DNA of 64,000 nt from Octopus vulgaris (lineage: Eukaryota): contig OX597825.1 of the NCBI GenBank assembly GCA_951406725.2, positions 61,628,001-61,692,000 on the forward strand. Reading direction: 5' to 3'. A program made the translations under genes and the position numbers. This document shows positions 38,915-52,370 of this stretch, in pieces; within the stretch, counting starts at the first letter, position 1, and each line of letters starts with the position of its first letter. A model generated the notes under the pieces. The model was not told where the DNA came from. It ran no database searches and was given only the letters and a program-made list of their open reading frames with translations.

Positions 38915-40551
38915 TACATACATGTTTCTTAATGTAATTACAATGTAACTGCTGTTCATATATAAATATTGAATAACACTATTGCTAACCCTACATAAAA
39001 AAATGTAACTAAACATGGCCAAAAGAAATTACAACAGTGAATTTACAGTAATTTAATATTTCAAATGTTTTGGTTTGTTTTATCAAATTAAATTCTTTGG
39101 AAAAATTTGAATTTCTTAAGGAAATTTGAGTAAAATATTTGTCTTCCAAGATATTTTAACATCCTTTCCTTTCATGAAGGTGACAACAACAACAACAACA
39201 ACAACAAAAACAACAACGATGATGATTGATCATTATAATGATGATGATGATGATGATGGCAGCTGCAGCGGCCGTGGTTGTCATGGCAGCAGTGGCAACG
39301 ACAATTCTCATCACCATAGTCATCATTTTATCATCTGTTTTTCCATCTTTGTAGTGGTTAGACAGAGTTTAATTAAGGCAACTTTTCTATGGTCAGATGC
39401 CCTTCCTTTCGCCAATCCTCACCTTTTTTTCCAAAGCAAGGTAATATTTCCCAGTGGCCAAACATATTTTCATAAAATATTGGAAATAAAGGACATTGCT
39501 TGTTTGACAGTGACAACCATTTTATAACTGTCACATGATGTCAAAACACGGAAACAGAAACACACACACACTCTCTCTCTCACATACACACACACGAATG
39601 TTTTTCAACGAAATTCATTCACAAATAATTGGTTAGCCTGGTGCAATAGTAGAAGACATTTGCTCAAACTGCCATGGATTGGGCCTGAACCCAGAACCAT
39701 ATGGCTGGGAAGCAAACTTCTTACCACACAGCCACACTTCTACCCATGAATATTTTAATTAAAATCCCTACCACTGCATCTGTTTTGAATAAACCAAATA
39801 TTTGAGCAGATACCTGCGGTCTTTATTACACATATTGGCCCAGTGTATGATGATACAGTAAGTCATATTAAATGCCTCTACTTTGGTAAAGCCTTTTATT
39901 TGAGCAGAGGACTAAGAAAGAAACCCTAAAATAAACAATGGTCTACATCAACATTGAGAATGATTGTGTGCTTGGAATCATCATCATCATCGTCATCATC
40001 ATCATCATCATCCAGTGTTTTAAATGCAGGTTTTGTCCCCGTTAATGAGGGTGGCAGGATCTGCCTCAATGCCATAGCAACTGAGGTAGGCAGGTGCAGC
40101 CCTCCCCAACCCTGGGCTGGCTAGTGCCCATTCTCCCTTGCTATCAAGAAACTTTTTAGGAGCTGGAATTTCTATGAGGAGCATGCCTTTGTTTACCCCC
40201 AACCTAAGTTTCTAGACATGAGTGGTCCTAAGACCAAGGCCTCTACCACGAGTTTTAAGAAATATGGTGGAAAACTAGTTCAAGAAGGCAGGAATGCTAC
40301 TCCTTGAGACCCCTTTTGGAGCCCCGAAAATTTTGACCAGTCACTGGCTGGGCCATTGAACCATGATTCCCACTCATCTTAATAAATTCTTGTGATGGAG
40401 AATCCTCTGTGACACCCAACAAGTGTTGGCAGTAACTTGCAAAACGTAACAACACTTATATAAAAGTCTTGGAAACAGCTCTTACATGCATGCACAAATG
40501 CATATCTTAAAAGAAGTGCCTGGATGGTTATAGTTGAATAACTTATACGTA

Positions 40552-40772
40552 TGAAGGGATACGGAAAGTTCCTGGCTTTTGGGTTAAAAGAAAATACAGG
40601 AGGATCAACAGTTAATTATGATTATATTCAACATATTCCCCTCTCATATTCACACATCTATTGCAGCAATCCTTCAGCTTTTTTAGGCCCTATGAAAGAA
40701 GTCAGAAAGTTGGGCCTCCAACCAAGCTTTTCATGATACCCTTAAAGCCAGGAACTTTTCAGCAACCCCTTG
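40552..40772. mobile_element. mariner-derived MITE
   Basis: TIR core aaagttcctggcttt / aaagccaggaacttt. Confidence 0.75.
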
Positions 40773-40942
40773 CATATGTCTGTTGGATCTAGAACTCAAA
40801 ATGAACCATAAAACTGCATACTATATGACTCTAGAACATTTACCCCACCAAGGACCATCCCCCCCAACAACAACTAATCCCTAGGAATTACCCCCTCTCT
40901 GATATATTAAGAAGTTTTAAATCATCATCTATTGTTGTCAGG

Positions 40943-41163
40943 GGTAATTGTCCTAGTGGGGTAATTGTCCTAGTATGGTAATTGTCCTAGTATGGTAATT
41001 GTCCTAGTGGGGTAATTGCCCTAGGAGAGTAATTGTCCTAGTGGTGTAATTGTCCTAGTGGGGTAATTGTCCTAGTGGTGTAATTGTCCTAGTGGGATAA
41101 TTGTCCTAGTTGGGTAATTGTCCTAGTGGGGTAATTGTCCTAAGGGAGTAATTGTCCTAGTGG
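40943..41163. repeat. 13 x 17-bp minisatellite (ggtaattgtcctagtgg)
   Basis: taattg recurs every 17 bp from 40945 to 41149; degenerate inverted units at 40830-40895. Confidence 0.95.
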
Positions 41164-41199
41164 AAATACCTTAAAATTTCAAACAAATTTTTTTAATAT

Positions 41200-41472
41200 G
41201 GGGTAGGACTACCTTTGGCAATAATTACAGCTTGAATTCTATGAGGTATGGACTCGTACAAAGTCTGAATTGTTTCCAAAGGAAATTGTCCATTCTTCAG
41301 CTAAAACAGTCTCCAGTTCTTGTAGTGATGTTGGAGGAAGATGTCCACTCCTTACTTGTATTTCTAAAATGCACCACAAATGCTCAATAATATCAAGATC
41401 TGGGGACTGTGCTGGCCAGATAAGATGTTCAACTTCACTAGAATGTTCCTCATGCCATTCAGTAAACAACTA
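41200..41472 (-). pseudogene. Tc1-family transposase C-terminal fragment
   Basis: WPAQSPDLDIIEHLW...LQELETVLAEEW. Confidence 0.85.
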
Positions 41473-41695
41473 GTGTAGCTGTTAGCTAAATTGCTGTCTA
41501 TGACTATATACAAAACGATGTAAGAACCATCTACTGGTATGTCCCAACATTTCATACCATGGAAAGAATTGAAATATGTATTAGAAGCTACCTGTGAGAT
41601 ATAGACAATATTGAACACACATACACAAGGTATATATTTTGCTAGTTCATATATACCCAAATTTACCCAAATTTAAAATTATTACTTATACATAC

Positions 41696-41747
<52 letters not shown>

Positions 41748-43469
41748 GTTTATTTATGCAAAGACATACAAAGCACAACCAATATGTTTCACAACATGCT
41801 CAGTGCTATTGGTTCTTCCTTTTCTTTTTTTTTTTGTAATTTAAAAATTTTCTTTTTTTTTTAGACAGCTGCCAGGAAATGTTTAACTTAACTTAGGCTA
41901 AAGTAAATAGCAGACTTGACAGGTTAAGTTTGCCTTGTTTTGAAAAAAGACTGTTCAATATGAGAGATACCAACTTAACTTTAAGTAGAAGAAATTAGAC
42001 TTAATTTCAGATGTGGATCAAGGAAAATGTTCTTACAGATGAAAGTGAAGATTGATGTTGGTCTCCTGTTTTATATTTTAGTTTAGTTTTGCTTGTACAT
42101 AATGTCAGAAATTGATGTACTAATGCACCAGACAACATTAAATTTACCTTTTTATTTATTTCCCCTGTCACTGTTTTATGGTCAATTCTCATTTCACTGC
42201 CATCCATCAATTCCAGCTATCTTGATGGATAATTCTGGGCGTTTTTTTTTTATATATTTAGTTTACTTACAGAAATACAGAGAATTTATTTCGTTATTTT
42301 TATTTTGGCCTCTGGTGGTTAAATTGCTTGCCTCCTTTCACTCGCATTGCTATACGTTTCTTTCATATTCTTTGAGTTTAAAAATAATATAAATACAATG
42401 CTGATCTTGACAACTTCAGCTACAGTGCTATTTCTGTATATGGAAAAAATAGTTGAAGCAATGGAAAGTTTCTTGTAAGAGATTAACAGATGTTACAGCC
42501 AGAAATATGGTTCAAGAAAAGTCATATTGATCCTGTCTCCAGATTATTGTCAGAAACATAACAATGCTATAAACATATTTTGTTTTGCATTTCTGGTATT
42601 AAATTTCTGCTTAAGTCTTTTTTCTTGATTATTTTAATAACTCAAGTAATTTTGTCAAAGTTGTTCAAAATACAAATGGATGTTTTTTTATTTGTCAATG
42701 ACAATAATTTCTGTTTCTAATAAAGAAATATAATTCTATGTAAGCCCAAAAAAAGTTCTCATTATTTGCTTATGATGTCTGACAATTTTTTTGCTGTTTA
42801 TTGAATATCAGATATTTCGTGTTCTTGATTTAATTTAGTTCTGTATCTTTTGGTCTGGTGCAAGAAGATTTAAGAAGGTAGGTAAAGAAAATTGGACTGT
42901 GAATATATGTTCGGTACACTACTTTATTAAATTATTTTGCTGTTATTCTTCAGTTTTTAATTTCTTTCACATAATGTTCCGAGTTCAAAATACACCTACA
43001 TATGCATTGCTTGTACATAATGTCACTAATGCATCCTGGAGTCACTGGTTGTTTTGGGTCTTATAACATACACTCATCCAATTAACCCAGTCTAAGTTGA
43101 TGAAGCCTAGATATGTATGTGTGTCCTAACGACAAACTACTGACTCCATTGATCACTTCTTTTCAGACTGAGCCATCTAAATGCTCTCTCAGCCTCTACG
43201 CTGCTTTTGATGGCTTTCCTTCTGCATACCCTTGTAATGTCCAGGGTTCCACTGGTTTTACTCAGAATACAGCAAACAAATCTTCAGCTGCTAACCTCCA
43301 CAAGCAAACACCTTATTCTCCACCCACCCCTAGTGCTTGATTCTCTTTCATCCTCTCCTCCCAGATCAAGTTTAACAAGGTCAAGGCTATGTGTGCTGGA
43401 AACTTAAGCTATTTTTCCAGATCATCTTCCATCTCCCCAGTTCCTGTGTACAATTGTTTCTTCTTCTTA

Positions 43470-43700
43470 TTTCTTTATTGCCCACAAGGGGCTACAAACA
43501 GAGGGGAAAAACAGGGACAGATAAATGGATTAAATTGATTATATCGACCCCAGTGCATAACTAGTACTTAATTTCTCGATCCCGAAAGGATGAAAGGCAA
43601 AGGCAACCTCAGTAGAATTTGAACTCAGAACGTAGCGGCAGACGAAATACCGCTAAGCATTCCGGCTTGCATGCTAACGATTCTGCCAGCTTGCCGCCTT
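43470..43700 (-). mobile_element. SINE family E
   Basis: reverse complement of the 12805 family. Confidence 0.8.
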
Positions 43701-45257
43701 TAATTGTTTCTTATTATTGTTTATGTTTTCATATAATGTTTCTAATTCTCTTTCAGAAATTTTTATCATGTGTATCCCAATTCTTCTTAATAAGTACATT
43801 GTTGTGAATATTAAATATTTATGATGTAAGCCACTGTTGACATTTTGAGTTGGAGCAGGAATTTTGTTCAATTTCTAGTGCCTGAATATATGTTAAGGCA
43901 ACATTAAGAAATTACCAGATGACAGTACTTAAGACACCTATCAAAGATAGCCTTTGCTAAATAGTAAATGTATTATTCAGATTTATCTTTTTAAAAAATA
44001 ACTAAACAAGTGCATATATTTTAGAGTCATTATTTCTATGGGGCAGGCTTGGTTGATGGTTAAGAAGTTTGCTTCACTGCTAAGCAGATTTTGATTTAAT
44101 CCACACTAGCTTAATCAGTGCTTTAGTTTATGTATACTCTGTGAAAGTGTATCAGTGTGACAATTGTTGTTCTAGAGTAGTGGAATTTAACCATTACACA
44201 GTTTAATATAAACATTAGCTTTTGGGTAATTTTAGCTAAATGCCCTTGTTTGAAAACATCTGGGTGGATCTATGGCATGAAAATAACCTCCTCAATTCCT
44301 CCTAGTTGCTTCTGGGACCTTCAAAAATAATTATGGATTCTGTCATTCACCTGATTAAGCTATTGAAAAATAAATATTTTTCCTCATCGTCATGTAAATT
44401 TGCTGATTGTAAACAAAAGCCTACTATTCAGACAAACAATGCCATTTCCTTGCAGTCCACGGTCAAAGTATGTCCAGGCTTTTTGACAGGTCTTAATATA
44501 CAGCAAGGTCTTCGTAAACAAAAGCCCATTTCCATGGTGTCAATTATTTTCATTTTTTTTTTGTTAACTAGGATGTTCATAGTTTAAAAAACTGGGAGAT
44601 TATTAGTTTGCTGAGGGTTGGTGTCAGGAAGGGCATCCAATCATAGAAAATTCTATCTCAGCATAGTTTCATCTGGCCCATGCAAGCAAAAAAATGCACA
44701 CATTAGACAACGGATGTCAATGATGAAGATGAAATTAGTAAATAGAAATAGACAATAAAAACAGAAGCAACAGAAACTCTTCCAAGCTTCAATCTCAGCT
44801 TTGGTTCCTGTAGCCAGATCCCCTTTCTAGTACCAACCATGTTACAGAGCATACTGGTTTATTTTTTACAAAGCATCAGCACCAATGAGATCCCTAAATT
44901 TGCCAGACGAAGACTCCTCAATTGAGAAGAGGAGTGGTATTGAGGGAGGTGAGATTGTGCCAAGTGATGACAGTTTAAGCTATGATAGGAAAGAAAGAAG
45001 TGTCTTGCAGTAGAGGAGATACATGGGTACCCCAGTTAAAGTGTGTGTGAGGAAGAGAGAGAGAGAGACTGGTGAAAATGTGCTAGGATGTACCCTCAAG
45101 TTACAAAGAGAGGAATGTAATAGAAATGTACTAGACAGGGTGAATGAGCAGGGAGTTTGTATGGGTGCAGAAAGAGAGTGTGAGAGAGGAGAGGAGAAGA
45201 GAAAGTTAATGAATGCTGAACTGCGGCTATACAGGAAGTTGCATGATGGCAATGATG

Positions 45258-46534
45258 TCAGGTTGGTACAAAAGTAATGTCTGATTTCTAGAAAAAATGT
45301 TTCAGAGTGAATTTATCAATTTTGTTTTAACCCTTCTTATAGTTTTAAGATATCTCTGTGTCTAATTTGTACTATTTTCTTTCAAATTATCTAACTCCCA
45401 CCCATAATTCTCAGAAAATTTTACCACCATGTTTGTCCCATCTAAAGATTGCATAAAAAATGTTTTACTCTACAAGTTTCATAAAGGTGTTAATGCAAGT
45501 GTGGCAGCAAGATCTATTCAGAGCACTTATGGGGATGATGTAGTGAATGAAAGAAGTTGCAGGAGGTGGTTTTCCCATTTAGAAAGTGGTGATTTCACTT
45601 TGAAAGAAGAGCCAAAAAAGGGTCGTCCAAATTAACTTGATTCCGAAATGTTGAAAGCTCTTGTTTCAGAGAACCCTACTGTTGCCACTAGGGAACTTGC
45701 AGAATAGTTAAACGTGGCCCATCCAACAGTTGTACGCTAGCTGAAACACATTGGGAAGGTTTCAGTGGCTGGAAAATGGGTCCCTCAGAAGCTCTCTCCA
45801 GAGAATCGACAACAGCATGCTGCTTGTTGTCAATCATTGCTTTCGCAACACTTTCAAGCAACATTTTTAGACAGGTCTGTTGCTGGTGATGAGAAGTGGA
45901 TTCTTTACCATAATGTTAAACGCTGCTATTCTTGGATCAGTCGAGGAGAATGGCCAGTTCAACAACCGAGAGCAGGACTTCATCCAAAGAAGATCATGTT
46001 GAGTGTATGGTGGGATATTAAAGAAGTAATCCATTATGAATTGTTAGACAACAACCAAACAATTAATGCTAATCTTTACTATGAGCAACTTTGTCATTTG
46101 AAACAGCTCTGAGCCAAAAGTGAGCATCCTTCATTAACAGAAAGGGCATCATCTTCTACCACAATAATGCCCATCCTCACACAGCTCGACTGACCAAAAC
46201 TTTCTTGGATGAACTTGGTTGGGAAATACTGCCTCATCCTCCATATTCTCCTGACCTTGCTCCTTCTGATTACCATTTGCTCCGAGGACTACAGAACAAT
46301 TTTGATGGACTTAGGTTAACAACAAGAGAAGAGATTGAAAATGAGTTGGATTAATATTTTGGTTCTAAACCTACAGAATTTTACAAGCGAGGCATTTATA
46401 AGGTTGTTGAAAGATGGAAGGAGATCATTGAAAGCAATGGAGAGAATGTTAATGAATAAATATTTCCATAGTCATTAGCTTATTCATTTTTACCTTAGAT
46501 CTTTATATCGGACATTACTTTTGCACCAACCTGA
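45258..46534 (+). mobile_element. near-complete mariner (best preserved in the window; transposase pseudogene 45429-46459)
   Basis: TIRs tcaggttggtacaaaagtaatgtctgat / atcggacattacttttgcaccaacctga|ta; KWVPQKL, AGDEKWILY, HPKKIMLSVWW, HPPYSPDLAPSDYHL; several stops and a frameshift. Confidence 0.95.
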
Positions 46535-47399
46535 TACATTTAGTACATAGAGAATATGAGAGAGAGATGACAAAGCAGCATTGGACTGCAGGAGCAAGGG
46601 TGCAGAGAGAGACAAGGTGAAGTAATGAGAGAAGTAAATGGCAAAATAGAGCCGTGAATGTAACATGGTTCTAAAAGTATCTTTGCTATATAAAGCCATT
46701 CTGTATTTTAAGCCTGAGAAACTACAGGTTTGTTTATATTCTCTGAATCTAAACAATCTCTCATTGCATTTATCAAACTGTTTTATTTGCTCTCAGAGAT
46801 AATTCAGGAGCCAACACTGAAATATTAATATTATTAGCAATATTTTAATTAGATTTAATTAAGACAAACAGAGTTGTTTACAAAATAGCCTGAAGCCAAG
46901 AAAAAATATTGAATCACATGTATCTAATTATTTTGGAAGCAAAAAATTTACTTTTACGTTGCTGTATTATTACAGGGTTGGAATAGTTTGAAATTTTTGC
47001 TGAAATAAAAAAAATGAAAAAAAAAATTCTTTTTCATGTGATTATTCAGAGAACACTTATAAGATTCATAAAGAAGTTAAGAAGTTTTGTGTAGTTTTAT
47101 TGTTACAAGGAATGCATTTAAGGCAGTGGTGGTTGATCAGAGAAGTCTTTATAATCAATATTTTCACTGTTGAATAAAAGTAGATTTTTCCTTGCAGCTA
47201 ACTGATTACACACTCAAGAACAATGAAAGGTGCGGGAACTTCAAATACGTTAAAGCTGTTAAGCTCACAAGAATAGAAACACACCAATCCATCAAAATGG
47301 TTGTTAATCTGTGCTATTAATGCTTGAGTTGTTCTAAAGTATTTGCGATAAAAAGAATTTTGAATTTTGCATCCACAATCAAGCATATTGCCTACTGTG

Positions 47400-47700
47400 T
47401 TATTGTAGATTTTCGTAAGGGAGATAGTGTTCTGCTTTGCTGAAGTGGAAGCGAGTCAGTAGTGAGAGAAGGAGAATTAGACAAATGCTAGAAAAGGCTA
47501 AATATCGAGAATCATTCATATCAAGTGTGAGACAAATGATCAATATTCTGGACAATGATAAGGAAATTATCTGACTCTCCCCAGACAATGGTTATGCCTC
47601 AGTAGTTTTGAAGAGAGTGGAAAACATTTATGAACTATTGATCTGAACAAGACCTCAGCTTGACAAATAAAACAAAATCTAACCATAAAAACTATGTGAA
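47400..47700 (+). pseudogene. Penelope-like RT N-terminal fragment
   Basis: ILDNDKEII*LSPDNGYASVVL resembles the PLE 'I.ILPADKG.A.VV' motif. Confidence 0.55.
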
Positions 47701-48409
47701 GGATTTTAGCACTAGATATCATTCAGACAAAGACAAATAGCGGAATCGACAAAACTTTGAATACCAATTTCTATCAGTTAGCAGATGTTTGGTAAAAAGG
47801 ACATATTGGCAGTATTTATCATTTACATTGTAAACTTGGTTTCATTTTAAGTCTGACTCTGTATTGAAGATGTCACATTCGAAATAGTTTATGGACATCT
47901 ATTATAATTATTACCATTCTGAATGACGTTTAGTCGTTAGAGTTCTGTCCCGGTTAATAGTTATACTGGATCTAATCGAAAATACTACTTTCCTTTTGTA
48001 TTTCATATAAAAAAGACATTAATGCAAAAAGAGGCAAAAAAATAACCAAAAAAGTTGGCATTTCTTTCTCTGGTTTCAAACTGAATTCTGATGTTAGTAG
48101 CGAGGGAGCAACAACTTAAGCAATTTTAGTCAAAGTACTAGCTTCTATAGTATTTTGGCTTGCACTTTTTATTTATTGATCTCCAGCCTCCAGTAAAAAG
48201 AATGGCTAAGTTCTGTAACTTCACGGAATATATAGTAAAAGCTATTTTTCTTTAACACATTGGTTTATATTCAATCTACTGTTGTCACTACACAAAATAA
48301 ACATTCACACACACTGACATATTTGCATGTATATACCTATGTTTCTCTCCCCCTCTCTCTCTCTTTGTGTGTGTGTGTATATATATATATATATGTTTCT
48401 TTTTATTTT

Positions 48410-48660
48410 CTTTTATTTGTTTCAGTCACTTGACTGTGGCCATGCTGGAGCACCACCTTTAGTTGAACAAATCGACCCCAGGACTTATTCTTTGTAAGCC
48501 TAGTACTTATTTTATCAGTCTCTTTTGCAGAACCACTAAGTTACAGGGATATAAATGCAACAACATTGGTTGTCAAGTGAATTTGGTGGGGGGGGGGACA
48601 AACACGGGCACACAAACATATATACACACATACCCAAACAGATACACTCATATATATATA
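48410..48660 (-). mobile_element. SINE family A, 3' half
   Basis: family motifs. Confidence 0.75.
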
Positions 48661-48872
48661 CATATAAGAGGTAATGGTGTCATTGAGACCCAAAAGTGTC
48701 AGGTAATGCTGAATAAGTGCTATAGACAGACCATAGTTAAGTTCCAGGTTTGGTAATTTTGTGAATAAGGGGTTCAATGTTGGTCATATGTCAGCCTGTG
48801 TATATAAGAATTTTTTACATAATGAGATAAAAAATGAAGGCTGTGTAGATATTAGAACATTTATAGATAGAA

Positions 48873-48925
48873 TGTCTTACAGCTGTTTCTAGGATATTTA
48901 TTAAGTAATCCCTTCATCGGAGACA
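48873..48925 (-). ncRNA. type-I hammerhead motif (U4C variant) in a PLE-like repeat
   Basis: UGUCU-CCGAUGA-A-GGGAU...AUCCU-A-GAAA-CAGCUG-UA-AGACA; 5-bp stem I, palindromic stem III ACAGCUGU, GUA triplet. Confidence 0.75.
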
Positions 48926-49364
48926 GTGTGAGAGGATGGTTAAGTAATAGTTAGTTTGGATAGGATACAAAATAGTGAGTGAGGTGGAGGAATTTTTATT
49001 TGTCTCCTTTCCTATCTTTTATCCTGTCAAAGATTGTTCCTCCAGCATTCACAACCTCACCTCATTTGGCCTAGTGGCCCTCATTGTTTGTTTTCAGTGT
49101 CCTGTTTTTGTTATCAACTTTGACCCTCTGCAAGTTCCAAATTTTATTTTGGTTCACGAGAGCAACGGTTCTCTTGAAAGCACATATTGCTCGAAATGTG
49201 GTGTAGATAAACAGCTGACAACTGTTGAAGGCTCATTCTTTATGTTACTTGTCTTGATTTCTATTTGTTTCTTTTTTTTGTTCACATACAAAAGTTTGTC
49301 TTTGTATTTCCTGTTTTCATATTTCGCATTTGATGCTGTTTACATTTTATGACATCCTGTACCC

Positions 49365-49493
49365 AGCATGTATATATACATATATATGTATGTACATATA
49401 TATATGTATATATGCATATACATCATTTATATTATATATATATATATATATATACACACACATATATGTATGTATATAGAAACATATTCATAC

Positions 49494-49546
<53 letters not shown>

Positions 49547-49682
49547 TATATATATATATATATAGATAGATAGATACACATATACACACACACACATGTA
49601 TATATACACATACTTATACACACACACATACACACATATATGTACACATAGACTCACACAGACACACACACTCACACACACA
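49365..49682. repeat. (TA)n/(CA)n microsatellite
   Basis: direct reading. Confidence 0.95.
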
Positions 49683-50211
49683 AGACTAAAATGGCTCTTA
49701 CACAGTGTAATTGCTTCAATTACAATATACCGTCTCAGATCTAGTTACATGCCAGACAATTACAATTCTTAAAAAAATATCTATCAAGCCAGATAGAATA
49801 TATTTTATTTGAGAGTCTAGAGTAAGTTAGTACAAAACAACATAATACACAATTAGATAATAGTAATTTGATAATCAACAATGATCAATGACTAAAAAAA
49901 AAAAAAAGAAACATGTGTACAGGGAAAGAAAAGTACAAAAAGACAAAATGAAGCATTTTGAGTTAGAAAATAAGAAAGAAGATAATGTTCTTACCTTAAG
50001 CTCTCTTCTGTTTTATGAAAATAATAAATAACATTGAACTGAGTAAAAAGTATCTTGAAATAGAGTAAAATATTTAGTAAAATGTTATTGCAAGGAAAAT
50101 TAGCATAACATGTTTTCTGTATAATGATTTTTCAAGGGTGGGTAAACAGTGTATTGAGATGAATCCCTTTGTGACAAAAGGCAATTTAACCAGTCATAGC
50201 ATGCAAATAAA

Positions 50212-50439
50212 TTGACCTTTTAGCATTCAGATTATTTTGTCAAAATTAAAGCTTATTTATTCCCATTTGTTTTAATTTATCATGAATTATCATTTAGCTT
50301 TAAGTGTTTGATGAGGTGGTACTATATTTTTAGAAGAATATTGTAGAGTAGGTGTGTGGAGCAAGATGTGGCCAGGTTGAACATAAAGCAGGTAGAATGT
50401 TTTGCCTGGATATGACCAGTTTAAATGCTAAAGAGTTAA
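50212..50439. mobile_element. piggyBac-like MITE (same family as 1061-1282)
   Basis: ttgaccttttagcattcaga ... tttaaatgctaaagagttaa. Confidence 0.6.
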
Positions 50440-50725
50440 ACATATGTCAGATTGAATGGCAGTGCACAAGTATGACTGCAGTCAAACAGCAAAAACATTA
50501 AGCAATAAAAAACAATATCATTTACATAATAGTTTCAAATTTTGGCACAAGACCAGCAATTGTGGTTAAGTGGTTTGACAATTACATCGACCCTAGTGCT
50601 CAACTGGTACTAATTTTATCAACCCCAAAAGGATAAAAAGTGGTTATCCTCGGTAAAATTTAGACTCGAAAGTAAAGACAGATGAAATGCCATTAAGCAT
50701 TTTGGGCACAGTAACAATTCTGTCA

Positions 50726-51150
50726 TGGAGGTGCGTGGCTTAGTGGTTAGGGTGTCAGCACCATGATTGTAAGATTGTGGTTTCGATTCCTGGACCGGGC
50801 GATGCATTGTGCTCTTGAGCAAAACACTTAATTTCACGTTGCTCCAGTCCACTCAGCTGGCAAAAATGGCGTCCCATCCAGCTGGGGAACACATACACCA
50901 TAGAAACCAGGAAACATGGCCCATGAGCCTAGCTAGGCTTTAAAAGGGCGCATTTATTTATTTGTGGAGGTGTGTGGCTTAAGGGTTAGGTTGTCAGCAT
51001 CATGAGTGTAAGATTGTGGTTTTGATTCCTAGACCAGGTGATGCGTTGTGCTCTTCGGATCCAGCTGGGGAACATATATGTCATAGAAACTGGGAAACCG
51101 GGCCCATGGGCCTAGCTAGGCTTTAAAAGGATGCATTTATTTATTTTATT
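50726..51150 (+). mobile_element. head-to-tail pair of family D SINEs nested in a family E SINE
   Basis: 14-bp TSD taacaattctgtca (50712-50725 / 51151-51164) brackets both copies. Confidence 0.85.
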
Positions 51151-51728
51151 TAACAATTCTGTCAGCTTGCTGCCTTCAGAGTTTAGATAATAAATGACAG
51201 TCAGTTTGTTTTTAATGCCCACGTTTACATGCTTAGATCAGTCAGATTGAATGCATTGTGGCAGATTTTTCTGTGGTTTAAATGCCCTTCTCATTGCCTA
51301 CATGTTTCCAAGCAAGATTGCTTTTCCTCATGGCTAAACTTTTTTGCTCGTTGAAGAGTGGGAACAAATGACATTACTTGTATAATGGAAATTCTCATTT
51401 AGAATCATTATGGAATTACAAGATGAAGAAACTCAAACACACATGTGAAAATGCATATATACTTACATACATATATACAAATATATATATGTTTATTCTA
51501 TCATTTGTTCACTTCTTTCATTCATTTGATTGCAGCCATGCTGGAGCACTACTTTGAAGGATTTTAGTTGAACAAATCAACCCCAGGACTTTTTTTTGAA
51601 AGCATAGTACATATTCTATTGACTAAGTTATAAGGTTGTAAACCCATCAACACCAGTTGTCAAGTGGTGATGGCAGGACAAACACACATACATAAATACA
51701 CATACACACACACACATATACACATATG

Positions 51729-51789
<61 letters not shown>

Positions 51790-52370
51790 ATATATATATA
51801 TATGTATATGTATATGCATGTGTATATATATGTGTGTGTATATGTATATATGTGTATGCATATATATATATACATACACACATATGTATATATATTCTGC
51901 TATTTTTTACGCTTTTACTTGTTTCAGTCATTTGACTGCAGCCATGCTGGAGCACCACCTTTAATCAAAGAAATCCACCCTAGGACTTAACCTTTTTAAG
52001 CCTAGTACTAAAATCTTTCAGGGCAGTGAACTAGAAAGGTTGCAGCCAATGGCTGAAACATGTAAAAGGAAAAGGTGATATAGAAAGGTCAGTGTCCATG
52101 ACCTTTTCCTTTTGTAGGAAACTTTGAGAAAACAGGAGGAAGTTATTGTTAGTATGGAAGTATGGTGTCATGATTGCAAAAGGCCCAGTTTGTTGTGATG
52201 CCTGGAATATACCTATTTCTTTACTACCCACAAGGGGCTAAACACAGAGAGGACGAACAAGGACAGACAAACATATTACGTCGATTATATCGACCCCAAT
52301 GCGTAACTGGTACTTATTTAATCAACCCTGAAAGGATGAAAGGCAAAGTTGACCTCGACCAATCAGAGGT

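Noticed and set aside
40943-41163. CRISPR-like array
   Set aside because: Contiguous 17-bp units with no unique spacers, no cas genes, and a eukaryotic context
42089-43025. 19-bp direct repeat ttgcttgtacataatgtca about 920 bp apart
   Set aside because: No element features between the copies; too short to interpret
45429-46459. Functional or domesticated mariner transposase
   Set aside because: Several in-frame stops, a frameshift, and the second catalytic Asp reads Asn (HNNA)
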